Positions 14,299-28,377 of a DNA stretch of 64,000 nucleotides are shown piece after piece. The notes under the pieces were generated by a model. That model had not been told where the DNA came from. It was given only the letters and a program-made list of their open reading frames with translations, and made no database searches. The DNA is from Blasia pusilla (lineage: Eukaryota). The DNA lies in the NCBI GenBank assembly GCA_050084515.1, contig CM114271.1, positions 31,620,001 to 31,684,000 on the forward strand, read 5' to 3'. The first letter of the stretch is position 1, and every line of letters starts with the position of its first letter. A program made the position numbers and the translations under genes.

Positions 14299-14624
14299 CA
14301 AGGTTGCATGTGGACAAAGTCCGTGTCCTTGGACATGCCCATGTCCGTCCTATGGAAGGACTTGTCCCTATAGGCCCCACCTTTCCCTTCTTTCTCCTTC
14401 ACCCTACTTGCCTTCATGTTCCATACTCCCCCGTTTCTTCCTCCCTCCACCTCCAATCCCTCCCCCCTCATTGCTCCATTCATCCTTGCCTTGCCTTCCA
14501 TCATGGACTATAAGTGTGGGTCCTACCTCTTAGAACCCACGTCCGTGGACATATCCAGACTTGTCCGTCTATGTCCATCCATGTCCTTCCTAAGGAAGGA
14601 CTTCTCCATTTTTGTGCAGCCATG
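14299..14624. mobile_element. Non-autonomous hAT MITE, 326 bp
   Basis: Ends CAAGGTTGCA ... TGCAGCCATG with a perfect 8-bp TSD GGCGGCAT (14291-14298 and 14625-14632). Confidence 0.9.
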
Positions 14625-16439
14625 GGCGGCATGCACAGTTACTAGTGACAAGCAAGTTTTGGGATCGACGATGCCTAATCTTGATGACACCCACTAACTA
14701 CTCCGACACACTTAATCTTGGACTCTCAAATTGTACTATCCGTGGACATCCTAAACTAAGTAATCATGGACCTTGCAGACCATGGACGATGGACCTTGCT
14801 TGGTGATTAGTGGTATTCATTCCCAAGGGCAGATGTTGTTCTAGCCCTTAAACAATAACATTACTTTGAGACTCAAGGGTTACCAGGTAACTTCGTGCAT
14901 GAGTCTCGTGATGGGAGGTGGCTTGCCAAAATATCTTGCTACAATTATGGCGCCACAATGGACGTGTGCACCAACTACGGATAACGGTGTTTAGAGATAA
15001 CTACGTGGTGCTAAGGGTTCGCTAGCTGTCTCGCGTATTGGAGATTGGAGATTGGGCGCTTGGATGCCAATCGAGTGCGCCTAATGCCTCCTTGAGGTGT
15101 TGGGTAATTAGAGATTGGGCTTTGGGATGATTGGAGGCTAGAGGCTAGAATCCAAGCACCAATCTTGGGCATCATACGCCTACTATTAGAGATTGGGTGT
15201 CCAGGCGTTGAATGAGAGCGCTGACGACGCGGCGTCGAGCACCAGATGCTAGCCAAGGACATTGGGTGCCAGTGATCTGGGCATCAAAAATAAATAATGG
15301 CATTGGAACCCTTATTTTTTAGTGCCAAAATTAAATTTTTTTGTGTTCAATTTTTTGGGAATTTTTTGGGAACAAAAGGGGGTAAACCTTGCGATTAGAT
15401 GTAGCTCGATGTACCTTTTTGAAAGTTATATGGGAATCATGAAAAAATATATGAGATCAAAAGCTCGCTCATAATTTTTCATTGATGAATGATAGGTATT
15501 TTTTAGATGAAGCTTTTAGTTTTCGTGATAGAGCACATGAGAAGGTTTGAGTTGGTCAAATCTTGAGTGTGGGATGATGGTGTTTTCTGAAAAAGAACTA
15601 GAGGGTATGAGAGTTTAGTTTGACTATCACAATATATGATCAACGTGGCACATCAAAACATATAGTGAAGTGGCACAAGTAAGCATTTGCATCCTTTCAC
15701 TTATACTCTTAATGTATGTCGCCATCAAAGAGTGAACATAAACACATAGTTGTTACTCTGGGCCAATAGTACTATTTTTAGGTTCATAGTAATTGACATC
15801 CTTTTGATATGGAGGCTCTTGCTCTTTCTATACCTCCAACTGTTATAACTAAAGTCCTATCCTACTAGAGCATGAAAGCTTGTGACAACCATTTAAGAGT
15901 GGAGGGTCTAGGATCTACAAGACTACATACAACCTTCTCCACTTATGGTAGCGGTAGAGCAATTTTGTTTTTGGAGGACACTAAGCTCCAAACATCCCCA
16001 TGAATGTGTTCTTATTTAGATTTTAGCTTTTGAATTTTAGATTTGAAGAAAATCTATAAATCTTATGCCCAATCGATAGGCTAGGGTAGATTGGTACTCT
16101 TGACGTCCATATATGAAACATGACGCAAGAGGATTTCTCCTTGCTAATATAAGATTCTAAAAGACAATAAACTTGAAAACTACCAACCATTTGTTTTCCC
16201 TTCATAGGCAAAAGAAGTTTTCTATAGTGATGTTGGTGATGGATCAATGGTAGTGATTGGAGAATAGTCATGAAAAAGAAGCCACATCTCATTGATCTAG
16301 CTTCCTTTTTTAGGAGTGATGTCACATCTGAGTAGCCGATAGGCCGAGATCTATCGTGGATAGGGCGTAGGAGCCAGTGGACCATCTTGAGTGTAACTTT
16401 GTCCCAAGGTGTCAGATGAGGTTGAGGATAGGTCTATTG

Positions 16440-16932
16440 TGTCAGGAACGTCGTTTCTGATAACTTTCATGTTGAGGTCTTTCACAACCGGGTGACTTGT
16501 TGACCAGGTCATCCGCCCTTGGTAACTGTGCCACAGTTACCAAGGAAAAACTATTTTTAGGGGAAGAGCCTTTTGGCTCTTCCCAACCCTATATAAGAGA
16601 GGAAGGTGGATTTCCTAAGTCATCTTTCTCATGTTGGGCCGTTGGAGCACCTCTCTTGCATGTGTGTGAGATAGGACTAGGGTGCTAGCGTCCGGATTCC
16701 TTGATAGCACAGGTGGACGAGGCTCGATATGTCGATGTAGATTGAGGAGTGGAATTTTAGGCTGGGTGTGCCGTTTTTACTACTCTTTATTTTTGTTGTG
16801 TGATCTCCATGTATATGTATGACTTGATTTTTGTACATGTGTGGATCGACCCGTATGTGGAGAAGATCGGTGTTGTGTGGTGTAGATGTTACCAGCGATG
16901 TATGTTGTGTAGCGATATGTATACGCACGACA
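16440..16932 (+). mobile_element. Probable solo LTR (family 3)
   Basis: Begins TGTCAGG and ends ATACGCACGACA; internal TATATAAG. The last ~60 bp are homologous to the B segment of the gypsy terminal repeat. No TSD found, so the left edge is uncertain. Confidence 0.5.
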
Positions 16933-18145
16933 GTGAAGATAATGATCCAAATGAAAATATCAAGGATTTCTTCGGATTGCAAGTTCCTTGAATTATTCCA
17001 AAAATTGCTCAAAACCAATTTAGAGTTTAGGGTATAGAACTAAGTAATGTTGAAATCATCATAGTAAAGGAGGACCACACTTATGTAAAGGTAGTGTTAA
17101 CTTCCAAGGACATGGGTTTCAATAGTTCAAAGTTTAAACTAAGACAATTTGAGAGTGGATGATTGATTTTACATGCCTTGTATTTGATTGCCATGATGAA
17201 AGTGAGAATATATTTAATTTGTATTCATGGTAGCTTTTTTAGCATCTCCAAAATATAAGCATTTGACCATACATAAATATGATACCATTCAATGTTTGAG
17301 AGCATTTTGGGATTTTAAAGTGTCATCAATTAGTGGCCAACTCAACCTATAGTATTCTTTGAGCTTTCCTTTAAATTCTGGAAGTTTTAAATCTGCATGT
17401 AATACAATGGGAAGGGTTGGATGGGGTTGCTTGAGATGGTTGTTAAAAAGGCAGATTTTAGTGGATTAAGAGTATGTATGTAGTTTGCCTTGGTTGGGAG
17501 GAATCTAGAGGATATGTACATGGTTATGTGTGGAGAGGCCAATAGTGACCCATTGACCTCCCTTGGTGACTTGTATGCACAAGTCACCCTTTGGGACCTT
17601 CATGGACATTTCTTAGAAGATTTTGTTTTGTTAGAAATGTGTTGTGCAAGTTGAGGTGATCTGGATACATACGTTACCTTCTTGGAGCTTTGGGGGCCTT
17701 GAGAAGGTTATATCCTAAGGGGAGGCTTGGAGACGCTCACCTTTCCATAGTTGAGCCTTCCAAGAATAGGCTAGGGCAGGGTGTTACCGATGTGCATTAG
17801 ATTTGTCTTCCCTCACCTTGAGAATGGGTATGGTTCGATTGTTATTCGATGTAATCAAATAGTGGTATGTTTCTCATCAGAATTTTACTATGGATAGTCT
17901 CAAGCAACATGAATACGTAGGTAGGAAGTAATGGAGTAGTAGATTGAGTGTGAGATGTGAAGGAGAGTGAATAGGTACATGGTTTAATAAAATATTCAGG
18001 GTCGAATTTTCGATAGTAATGTGATTTTCAAGAAATCTTTGAGAAAATTTAAAGAAACAATTTGGTTTTCAGTTTCCACCTCAGTAAAAAAAATAACAAG
18101 GTGCCATGTCAATTGTGGGATGTCTAACAAAAAAAAAACCTAACA

Positions 18146-18568
18146 TCTATATTATTATGGGAGAGTGCCTTCTTGATTTGCAAACACCTCTTAGCTTGAC
18201 ACGTGGCAACTGGGCAACGAGAAAATGTTTCACATGCTACGGTCAACAAGAAAAAAAATTCGAATTTATGTGCAACATCATTAATCTCTTCACTTCACGG
18301 GTTATACATTAGCTCTTCAGACACTTTTTTTATTTCCCTTGCATCCATCATCTATATTATTATGGGAGAGTACCTTCTTGATTTGCAAACACCTCTATGC
18401 TTGACACATGGCAGCCAGGTAGCCAGAAAATGTTTCACATGCTACGGGCAACAAGAAAATAAATTTGAATTTATGTGCAACATCATTAATCTCTTCCCTT
18501 CACGGGCTATCCACTAGCTCTTCAAACACTTTTTTTATTTCTCGCATCTCGCACGGGCACCTTACGAG
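18146..18568 (+). mobile_element. Tandem pair of short Helitron-like units (~205-bp period)
   Basis: Two direct copies starting A|TCTATATTATTATGGGAGAG at 18146 and 18351. The second ends in a degenerate GC hairpin (..GCACGGG) followed by CGAG|T, resembling the Helitron TC...hairpin-CTRR signature. Confidence 0.5.
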
Positions 18569-20243
18569 TTTTGTTTATGTAAAACCTTGAATAGGTAGGT
18601 TATGGTAGCATGCTTATGTAGTTTGGAAAATATAAAATATTTTTTTTGTTATTATAGACTAGATTAGAGACTTTTTTTGTGAGCATTATAGCTTGAGGTT
18701 TCTGATAAAACATAAATTTTTTGTGAGCAAATTTTATGTACAGGCGAGAGCGAAGTTTTTCACGACAACAATAGAGGTGCAGAGTGGATGTGCAACGTGG
18801 TGACGAGATCATGGTCATGAGCGATTGGTACACATTGCTCATGTGATATTTTGTATATGTGTGTGATATCGTTGTAGATTTTGATCTCTAGCTCTACTTC
18901 TCCTAGCTTCGCCCTGAAGCACTCATACCTTAAGCTGTGCAAGGGCAAGACTTAGGTTGAGTTCCAAAGGCTCAACCAATGGCCAAGAAATCGCATTGCT
19001 AATTGGGTTGAATCTTCCCAAGTGGGTTTAATTCCCTAGGTAACCTCTTCCCCAAGCCTCAAATAATCTCCCCAAGTTACTCACCTATATCAAAGCGTGT
19101 CGATTTGAGCTAATTAAATAAGGGATGCCCAAGGTGCGTCCCTCAGTTCAAACCTGAAATACAATCAAACGCGTGTCATGGTTAATTCCTTGTTCAAGGA
19201 CTTGAGGAGATAGGGAGGGGTAGTATCCCCCTTTATAGGTACTTTTGGTGCTTTGCATGGGAACCCCACCTTCCCCAATATCCCCCTTGGCCCTTGATTT
19301 TGGCCCTCAACCCAAATGTGGTTTGCAACCCACGGATCAATATTTTACTTGTTATCCATCAAGATGGCTTGGCAAAATCTTCTTGTAGATTACACAAATT
19401 TTCACCTCTAAAATGCATCTCGGAACTTGGACTTGTGTTTTGTGTGTCTTATAACTAGTGCTTATCTCGACTCTCCATTTGGATTTTTATGGTTTTTTTT
19501 CCGCCCATCTTATTTCATGACTAATCTCGCCAATCTTCACTACTCACATGTTCCTTGCCCTTGACTTGGTGATTGGCTCTAAGGTCTCAAACCTTGCTTG
19601 CCTTGCCTTTTTCATATGAGTAGCTATGCCGCTTTCTTGCCTACGAATGGTCTCAAGACATATGCATATCTTGCCTAGCATTAGTCCCAAAGTCAATTTC
19701 ACCACATTTCCTAGTCTTGTGACTAGTTAGTCTATGTTTCGACTTTGGTGGGTTACACCAAGGTCTTTCCTCCTTGGATCCATGATCATGACTTTCCCCT
19801 TCGGGATGTATGGTTGCGATTATCATATGGTATGGGGGCATATGTATGGTAGTGAGTCTCATTGTGAGACACTTTTCGTATCCTAGTATGGGATATTTAG
19901 TAGGAGTTTGTCAAATGATGTACTTGTACGTATTATATCCTACTTGGGATATGTGTGGACTAAATGGAATCAATGGGTTGTATACCTATTTGTGAATCAA
20001 ATCGTCCCTAAGGGTGGCTAGTGATAGTGGTGGTTGTTGGATTTTCTTCAGACTCAATAAAGTGAGTAGACAATATCCACGCCCATGATAGATGGGGCAA
20101 GAGACCTACATATGTAGTGTGACCATTTTCAATGTCTAGGTCATTCTCATGAGTGATATTTTTATCTCCAACCAAAGATGAGAGTTAGTAGAGCGATAGC
20201 GCCTGATGGTGGACCAAGTGGTGGTAGGGGGCATGGTGTAAGA

Positions 20244-20760
20244 TATCATATCTTTTAGGATAGATCGAGGAGATCAAGCAGAGAGCCTTTGCGGGTAGTG
20301 GAGGACAACCTCAAAAGGTCGAGGAGGACCTGTTGAGGCTACGAGGAACCTGAGAGAGCAGGTTTCCCCTTCGTTTCGGCTTAGAGCAACTCACTATTTT
20401 GGGTAAGTTTTCATTTTGATTGTAGTTAACTTTCTAGTTTGGGAAGTTGCCCTTGACCTCCTACACCAGATCAAGAGTGAAGGAGGTGACCTGCAAGCAT
20501 AGATTACTATGGAGACAGCTTGGGAGAGGGAAGGGGGTATACCTCCCAGAGAGGGAGAGAGCTTGAGAGCTCATTCTTTCTTTGTTGAAGTTCTTGGCAT
20601 GAAGCGATGGAGCTATGGTCCTCCTTGCCTTGTTTTTACCCAAACCTCTTATTAGGAGAGTGGATTTGATTTGACATGAGAGAGAGAGAGAGAGCATCAC
20701 TTGATTTAGATTGGAAATATTTTGGCACTTATCGTATCGATGATTGGAATTCAATGAGAG
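20244..20760 (+). mobile_element. Diverged copy of the gypsy A+B terminal repeat
   Basis: Colinear similarity to 47398-47940 (TTAGGATAGATC, CTGAGAGAGCAGGTTTCCC, GGAGAGGGAAGGGGGTATACCTC, TTTGACATGAGAGAG, TTGGAAATATTTTGG). Preceded by the purine tract TAGGGGGC. Confidence 0.75.
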
Positions 20761-22903
20761 GAAAACAAAACATGTGAGAACACCCCAATCCCCACTTATA
20801 AATACACGAGAATATTTATGCCCAATTTGGCTTTGTAACAAGGGTTCCACTTCATCTCATCTTGAAGAGCCTCAAGATCCAGCCAAAAGCTGGATGTGGT
20901 GCTAGGGGGCCACTAAGCAGCCTTCAACGTTTTAAGGGGGCCGTCGAGCTATGACTTTTTGAACGGGGGCGAGTTGATCCTACAATAATTTTGCATATTC
21001 CAACAGAGAGTTCCCATGACCTTCAGTAACATCTTTAGAGACTCCGTTGGCCCCTATCACAGTTTTAAAACGCTAGTGGGATCACAATTCAGTGGTTTCT
21101 CCTGATCTCGAAAAGTCAGAATTGTCCATGCTGAGCATATCTTACACTCAATGATGCTGTGTGAGTTTTTTTCGTTACCCTTGTTCCCCCTTTTCTTGTC
21201 CTGCTGCGTGAGTGACGAGATATTAATTTACCGTCAAAAAGTTCGGTAGGGAGATAAAAGACAACGTGGGCTACGAGAAAGATTTTGCGAGCATCGGAAA
21301 GAGTGCAGGAGACTTCAGCGATCAATCAATTTGTTTCTCACTCATGGGGAATTCTCTCCTGTAGTTTGTAAATGCAGAAAGTTTTGTGGCAGGTCCTTAA
21401 TGGCACAATACAAAATTGAGTTAAAAGAGTAGAATTAATACCTCCGGAACTTCGATAAGCAGAGCTCAAGCGATTTGGTGCCTCCAAATATTGTGAGATT
21501 AAAGAAGTACAAGAAATTTTATAATGTAGAGCTTGTAGATGCAAAATTATGCTGAGAGCTCAAGGTTTGCAACGTGCGGCTTACTCCTGCAAGGCAGCAA
21601 ATACGTATCTTGGGGGTGAACTCTAGAGGATAACATTGAGACGCCGGAGGAGCCTCACGAATCTGTGCACTTCAGCAGCACAAGATAAGAGGTTTTCACT
21701 CGCGTCTAATCCGACGGATCTGTGCCAGAAATATCAAGATCCCAGTCTTCTTCCAATCCATATTTCCGGATTTTTTCCGGAAATATGGATTCATCCCGTC
21801 CTCATTCGCTCTGTTAGCGGTTCGAAGGGAAACCCCTCATCCTTACAGGGTAGACCTGAAGCTTGATTGGTCCTCTCAGAAGCACAAGATGGGACTCATT
21901 TCATAAATGGGTGGACACCCTCCAATCAACACTCCTCAACATGTGGCTGGGGATCAGTCCTTCCTTGATTCTTATCACGGCTCAATTCTTGCGTTCAAGT
22001 CCTAAACTCGGAAATCCGTCAAGGTATGGCCAACGGTTATGGAAGACTTGACGTGCTGTGATCACCACATTTCAAGATCTCTGGAAGAAGAAACGAAATG
22101 CAATCGAAGGTTCTCCTGATCATTTGAAAGTGTTCGCAATCTGGTTATGCTTTTCCACTGAACTTCTTGCGTATTACATGAATCGCTGCCACCGGACCAC
22201 TGCTTAATACACTAACACTGGTCGCGGTTGCTTTCAGGATCCCGTGGAGAGCATTCCACATACGCAAGTTGCCAGTCAATTAACGAGAGGACCATCCGAA
22301 TAGCATGACCCGCGCATGCTCATTCGGAATACTCTCGGCCTCTTCTCTTTCTTCAACCGATCCGACCAATTCGTCTATGGAATCTCCTCTCCCTGCGTAG
22401 CTGACAACAAAACACCCCTTTCCATTAATCTTTCGCGATCCTTTTTGGGTATTTCTTTTTCAATTATTTCTTCACTCACGGTTGTACTTTCTAGAAAGAA
22501 ATACAGACTTAACAATCCTTCTCCGAATTTCCTCCGCGAATGGATGGAAATGAAAGAATAATTAAGGGCTAATGGTTTGCGCTTAATTTAAAAAAGAAGA
22601 AGATACATGTAGGTGCCCATTGGCAAATATTACCACTTCAAACCAAATAAATCCATCCATCCCGTTTCTCATTGTAATTGAACTTCTTCATTCTTGTTAT
22701 TGCTTTGGCCATAGAACATTTAGTATTGGGGCCCCTGACACACCAAGTCAGAACGTGTCGAACTGGCAACCACCACATACAACCTTGAGATATAACATGA
22801 TTCCTTGTGTAGAATGTAGGACATGTAGTTGCTCTTGCCCAATGCTCTAACATTGTAGTAAAGAGCCACCGATGCTACCTCCTCTCTAATCACATCATGC
22901 ATC

Positions 22904-23172
22904 TATGGTTGCAAAAAAATAGATATGGATGGAAAATTTTGGATATGTCCATGGACATGGATTGCAAGAGATGGGACCAATACTTATAGTTCATGATGAA
23001 AGACATTAAAAGGGCGAGTGGGAAAATAAGGGGGAAGGCATAAAAAAATAATAGAATATGGAACACGAAGGGAAGTGGGAGGAATGAGAAAGAAGTGGAA
23101 GGTCCACATGGATAAGTCCTTCTATAGCATAGACCTAAGTAACGGTAAGTCTACGGACATGGACATGTCCGC
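22904..23172 (-). mobile_element. Left portion of an inverted copy of the 14299-14624 MITE
   Basis: Begins TATGGTTGCAAAAAAAT and shares ACTTATAGT(T/C)CATGATG and other blocks with the reverse complement of 14330-14624. It is cut off by a second CATGGTTGCAC end at 23173. Confidence 0.65.
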
Positions 23173-24410
23173 CATGGTTGCACAAAAATGGACGTGTCCA
23201 AACATATCCGTGAACATGCCATCCCGCACTCGACCCCCCACTCATTCTCGCACCTTGGCATGTGTCCCGACTCCTTACAACAACCCCCACCTACGTTCGA
23301 CCCACTCAGCTTGCCCCTAGCCCGCGTCCCTACTACGTGGGCCACATACACGCTAGACGAGGACCCATAAATTATTTTTTAAAAGAAAAAAAATGTGACG
23401 TGCGTTCCTCTAGATCTTGCGCATACTGGATGCGGGCCAGATGCAGGCCGGACGCCGACCCGAAGCACGCCACGTTCGCGGGAAGGATGCGGGCTAGGAT
23501 CGGATGCGATGCCGGATCGGGTACTAGGGTGCGAGCTCTGGAGCCCGCGTCCGGGTTGCTTGCGGGCTTCGGGGCCCGCGTGTGAGCTAGGTCGCAAGCC
23601 TCCGAGCCCGAATGCGGGTTAGGGTGCGGGCCCTGAATCCTACGTGCGGGCTGATTACGAGCCGCTTGCGGGCCCTGAAGCCCAGCATGCTTTCGAGCCT
23701 AGAAGCCCGCATGCGGGCTCGCGGGCCGCCAAGCCCGCCTGCATGCCAGGTCGCGGGCCTTTGACCCCGCAAGCGCGGGCTAGTTGCCGTCCTTGGAGTC
23801 TGCGCACGAACTCCAAGGCCCGTAGTGCAGGCTAGGGCATGGGCTCGCAGGCAAACCGTTGAGCCTGCCCGCGGATGGCGCGCACTGTGCGCTCTCAGCC
23901 TGCGTGCGGGCCTTGGAGCCCGCATGCGAGCTAGGGCGGGAGGTCACGCACGGGCTCCTTGTGGGTCGTGCGGGCCAGGGGTTGTGGGCAGGCCCTATGA
24001 TTTAAGTGAGATATTAAATAAATTCTGTCACTATTATGGTTTGGGTGATTGACGGGTTGAGAGGTTGGAATAAGGTTTTTGTAGGAGAATATAGGTTAGT
24101 TAGAAATGAGAGTAATTGATGAATTTGGGATCCTAGCCGTGGAGAAAGGAATGAAAATATTAAAATAGATTTGAACAGGGTGGTTGTATTGCAAAATAGG
24201 TTTGTTGGAAATTGAAAGTAGGTCAAGAAGGAATCTAATAGGAGAATAAAAGTAAGTTTATTAAAGAAAATTAATGGAGATGGTTTAGTAATCAATTGTA
24301 AGTGGGGGTAGATGATTTGGGGATTTAGAAGGATTCATTCTCTTCTTTCCATCCTCCCCTATATAAACTTGCTCAATTTTTGTATACCCTCACAATCTCA
24401 TTCCTCCCTT

Positions 24411-24441
<31 letters not shown>

Positions 24442-24646
24442 AGATAGCTGAACTTGATAAGTGAGAATATGTTTTGCCACTAGATAACCCTGATACTAAA
24501 GGTATTTCGGTTATCTAAGTTAGCATATTGATCTTTCTTGTTCATAGAGAGTGTTCCAAGTTTTTTTATTGGAGCATTCACGGAAAATATTTATTATTGC
24601 AAATTTTCCAAATATTGTTGGGTGGGGTTAGTGAGTGCATGTAGTG

Positions 24647-27034
24647 ATGACCAAAGCCAGAGAACTCCAACAGATTGTGAAGGAACATTGGGAAGAAGTA
24701 CAGATGGAAGGTGAAACATCAAGCAGATGGCAATGCAAGTATTGTTCATATTCTATGAAAACCTATCATAGCACGCGGATGATGGAACATTTTAAACGAG
24801 AGAAACGAAAGACAAAGGATGGGAATTAGGATATCCATCATGCCAAATTATGTGTGAAGGTCCCTCCCAACGTGCAACCGGATCTCTGAAACAGGATTCT
24901 AGTGGGAAATGGACAAAGAAGGGAAGAGAGACCTTCGAGTGAAGTGGAAGAGACTACTCCATTACAAATAGTTTTGCAACAAACAGGAAATCATGTTTAT
25001 GTTGTACAAAATATTGATGGGGTTGTGAACATGCCATGGAGTGACAGTCTCAAGGAATGCAGAGGAGTTGTTGGGCCCATTCGAGGGAGTAGTAATTTTG
25101 GGAAGAAGCAAGCTGATCTGAGGGATTCTTTCAACATCCAAGGAATAGAAGTTGCAAATGACATGTGGGCAAAGTGTTTCTACGAATGTGGAATACCATT
25201 CAACGAAGTACGGCAAGATGCTTTCAAAGAAGCAGTATTGGCAACAACAAAGATGAAGGGTTACTCAGGTCCTAGTTATAATTTATTGCGCACCACCCTA
25301 CTTGAGAAACATATGGGGAAGGTGAAGGAAAAGGTGGATGGCATATTGGAAAATTTGCGTTTGGGGGCCACGATCAAAACGGATTCTTGAACTAATGTGA
25401 GAAGCAAGTGTTTGGTGAACATAATGGTCTCTTGTCCACAAGGTGAGGTCATGATTGAGTCGATAGACACCAAAGGGGAATCCCAAACGGCGGAATGGTT
25501 GGCAGGTCACATAGAGAGGACTATCATGAGCATTGGTCCAAAGAATGTGTCGCAACTTGTGACAGAAAATGCTAGCAATGAGCGAGCAATAGAGAAACTT
25601 ATCGAAATAAAGTTCCCTCATATTCTTTGGGGTGGATGCGTATCACTTTCTCTTGATCTAGTCTGCGAAGAGTGGGGTAAATGGCCTTGGGTGGACAGGA
25701 TTTTTGCACAAGTTCGTGAGATGGTAGTATTTGTGAAGACTAGAACTTGGGTGATGGCCAAATTTATGGAAACCAATCCAATGAAGAGACGATTGTTGCT
25801 TCATGCAAATACATGATTTGCAACAAATTTTATCATATTGGGAGGCATCTTAGAATTGAGGGAGGTGTTCCACGCCATGGTTGCCACCATTGCTTTTAGG
25901 GAGTCTTTCAATGGCAGGGATGCGAGGCAAAGCAAGAAGGCACAAGAGATTGAGACTATTGTGGCCAATCACGATTTTTGGATGGAGGGTGAGGAGTCGT
26001 CTGCTACGGCTCAACCAACTATTATTCTGTTGAGAGAGTGTGATGGTCATAAAGCAAGAACTGGGCGTATTTTTTGCCGTATTTTTGAGATAATGGAAGA
26101 GACTCGTTCTTTTCCTATGACTCCATGGCTTGGTATGGGCGGAAGGCATCATGGTTATTTTGTCACAATGTCTAGAGCTATAGAGATGGTCGATGTTATT
26201 TCTAGGCGGTGGACACTTATCCACAACAAGTTACGTGCAATAGGCTACATTCTCACCCCTTACAATCTTCTTGATAGTGTTCAAGACGTCACTTCAAATG
26301 CTCAGTGCATGAGGGATTTCAAAAAATATCTAAAACTACATGCAACGGGGGTGGATGGCCTTAATGTCATCGAGGCTAATTCTTATGTGGCAACTTGCTT
26401 GCGAGAGTTGGGAAAAATTGTGAACCATCAAGAAATATTTGTGGATGAATTTGGTAGGGAAGTTGTTGATTCACTATGTCCCTCTGATTGGTGGAGCATG
26501 CACGATCAAGGTGCACCAACATTGCGCTCTGTGGCTAAGTTCATATTAGCACAAGTGGTTTCATCTTCTTCAACGGAGAGAAATTGGAGTAGTTATGGTT
26601 TCATCCACAACAAGCACAGGAAAAAATTGACCAACAAGTGTGCCAGGGATTTGGTTTATATCTACACAAACTCAAGGTTTGGAGACAAGGGTGTTTCTTG
26701 GAAATCAAGACAAGCGCTCTTGTACGAGCAATACTTTTCAAAAAGGGATGGACAAGAACAAGCTAGAAGGGTAGTAGAAGATGGTAGTGAATCTAGCTTG
26801 CATTCAAGAAACCGTGATGGTAATCTTGAAGATAACCTTGACTTGCAAGATGAGGATCTAGGGGAGGTGGATGTGATATGTGGAATTCATGGCACTGAAG
26901 GGAGAGAGGATACTCATATCGGCAACATTGAAAATTTTGATTTCGAGGGGCTTGGAAGAGATGAAGATGATGTTGAAGTGGAACATTGGATTCGAGAGCA
27001 CGAAGAAGAGCAACGACGGAGGATTCAAGCGTAG
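24647..27034 (+). pseudogene. hAT transposase pseudogene (BED finger, DUF659-type core, C-terminal dimerization domain)
   Basis: WQCKYC...TRMMEHF BED finger; WAKCFYECGIPFN; GYSGPSYNLLRTTLL; TDS*TN (DxW); T*FATNF (TRF); WWSMH...PTLRSVAKFILAQVVSSSSTERNWSSYGFIH. In-frame stops near 25390 and 25816 and a frameshift near 24830. Confidence 0.9.
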
Positions 27035-27564
27035 CCAATCTGCCCGGCACTTCTCCTAACATGACCTACGACCCTCAGATTGTTGCACCAGTAGGAGTTC
27101 AGAATTATTCCACGGAGTCTAGTGAACCTAAGCGGGATATTGCTCCACAATCTTTGAGCGTTGAAACGGTGGACTTAGTTGATGAGCCTAATGATAATGA
27201 TGTTCTCATATCTATGGTTCCAGACTCTCAACCCATCAATCATGGCATGGATAGTTCATACATTTCCTCCGATGATGAAATAATTGCAAGAGGAACTCGT
27301 CGCCGATCCACCCAACTTCGAACTATTGAGCGGCCAAATTACCGCTTACATCTTAATCCACTGGACCCAACCATAGACCTAGACTAGAAGAGAGATTACA
27401 AAATTTAGTGAGACGGATCAGTAGATAGTTGTTGCAAACTTGTTTTGTGTTGATTATTGTAAGAATGTAATTTTTATGAAAATCCTTTTTATATACTTCT
27501 AGCTAATAAAGCATTTATTTTTACATTGAAGGTGAAATTGGTTAGTGTGATTTTGAGCTCATGG

Positions 27565-28377
27565 TCACAACGCCATTTTGCTCAAAACTTTGCAAGAGTG
27601 CTACAAACGCAAGTTGGGAAAGTTTGACATGATGAAAAATGAAAAAAACGTCATTTCCATTGAAGGTTTGGTGGTTCGGGGCCAAAAGTACAATTTCCAT
27701 CGAAGGTTTGATGGTTCGGGTCCAAAAAAGAGTTAGAATTTTTTAGGGTTTTGCTCACAACTTCATTTTGCCTAAAACTTGGTAAGAGTGCTAAGGCCAC
27801 CTTGGGGACCATGTTGGCCAAATTTCAACTCAATATAACAAAGTTGGACAAGATGAAAAATGGAAAAAGCTTATTTTGGTAGAAGGTCTGATAGTTCGAT
27901 TCCAAAAAGGAGTTAGAAATTTTTGAGCTTTTTCTCACAACTTCATTTTTCCTCAAACTTGGCAAGAGTGCTAGATGCACCTTGGGTACAAATGTGGCCA
28001 AATTTCAGCTCAAGATGAAAAATTTGGACAAGATGAAAAATAAAAAATTCTTTTTTTAATAGAAGGTTTGATGGTTTGGGTCCCAATAGGACTTGCCAAA
28101 TTTTTAGCTTGTGGTGTGAACTCCATTTTTCTTGAAAAATGGCAAGACTTCTAGATGCATCTTGGAGACCATGTGGGCCAAATTTCACCTCAAGATGAGA
28201 GAGGTGGACAAGGTGAAAAATCATAAGACCTTCTTTTCATTCAAGGTTTAATGGTTCGGGTCCAAAAAGAGTTAGTTACTTTTGAGATTTTGCTTACATC
28301 TCCATTTTGAATTAAAATTGGCAAGACTACTAGATGCACCTTGGGGACCAATGTGGCCAAATTGCAACTGAAGATGA
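27565..28377. repeat. 180-bp tandem repeat array, segment 1
   Basis: Repeating unit AAACTTGGCAAGAGTGCTAGATGCACCTTGG...GGCCAAATTTCAGCTCAAGATG...TTGGACAAGATGAAAAATG...AGAAGGTCTGATGGTTCGGGTCCAAAAAGGAGTTAG with a 180-bp period. Confidence 0.9.

Noticed and set aside
23262-24052. GC-rich ORFs in the hAT subterminal regions (also 54793-55129 and 56530-57158)
   Set aside because: These are low-complexity Arg/Ala/Gly/Pro frames expected from GC-rich repeats, with no domain motifs.
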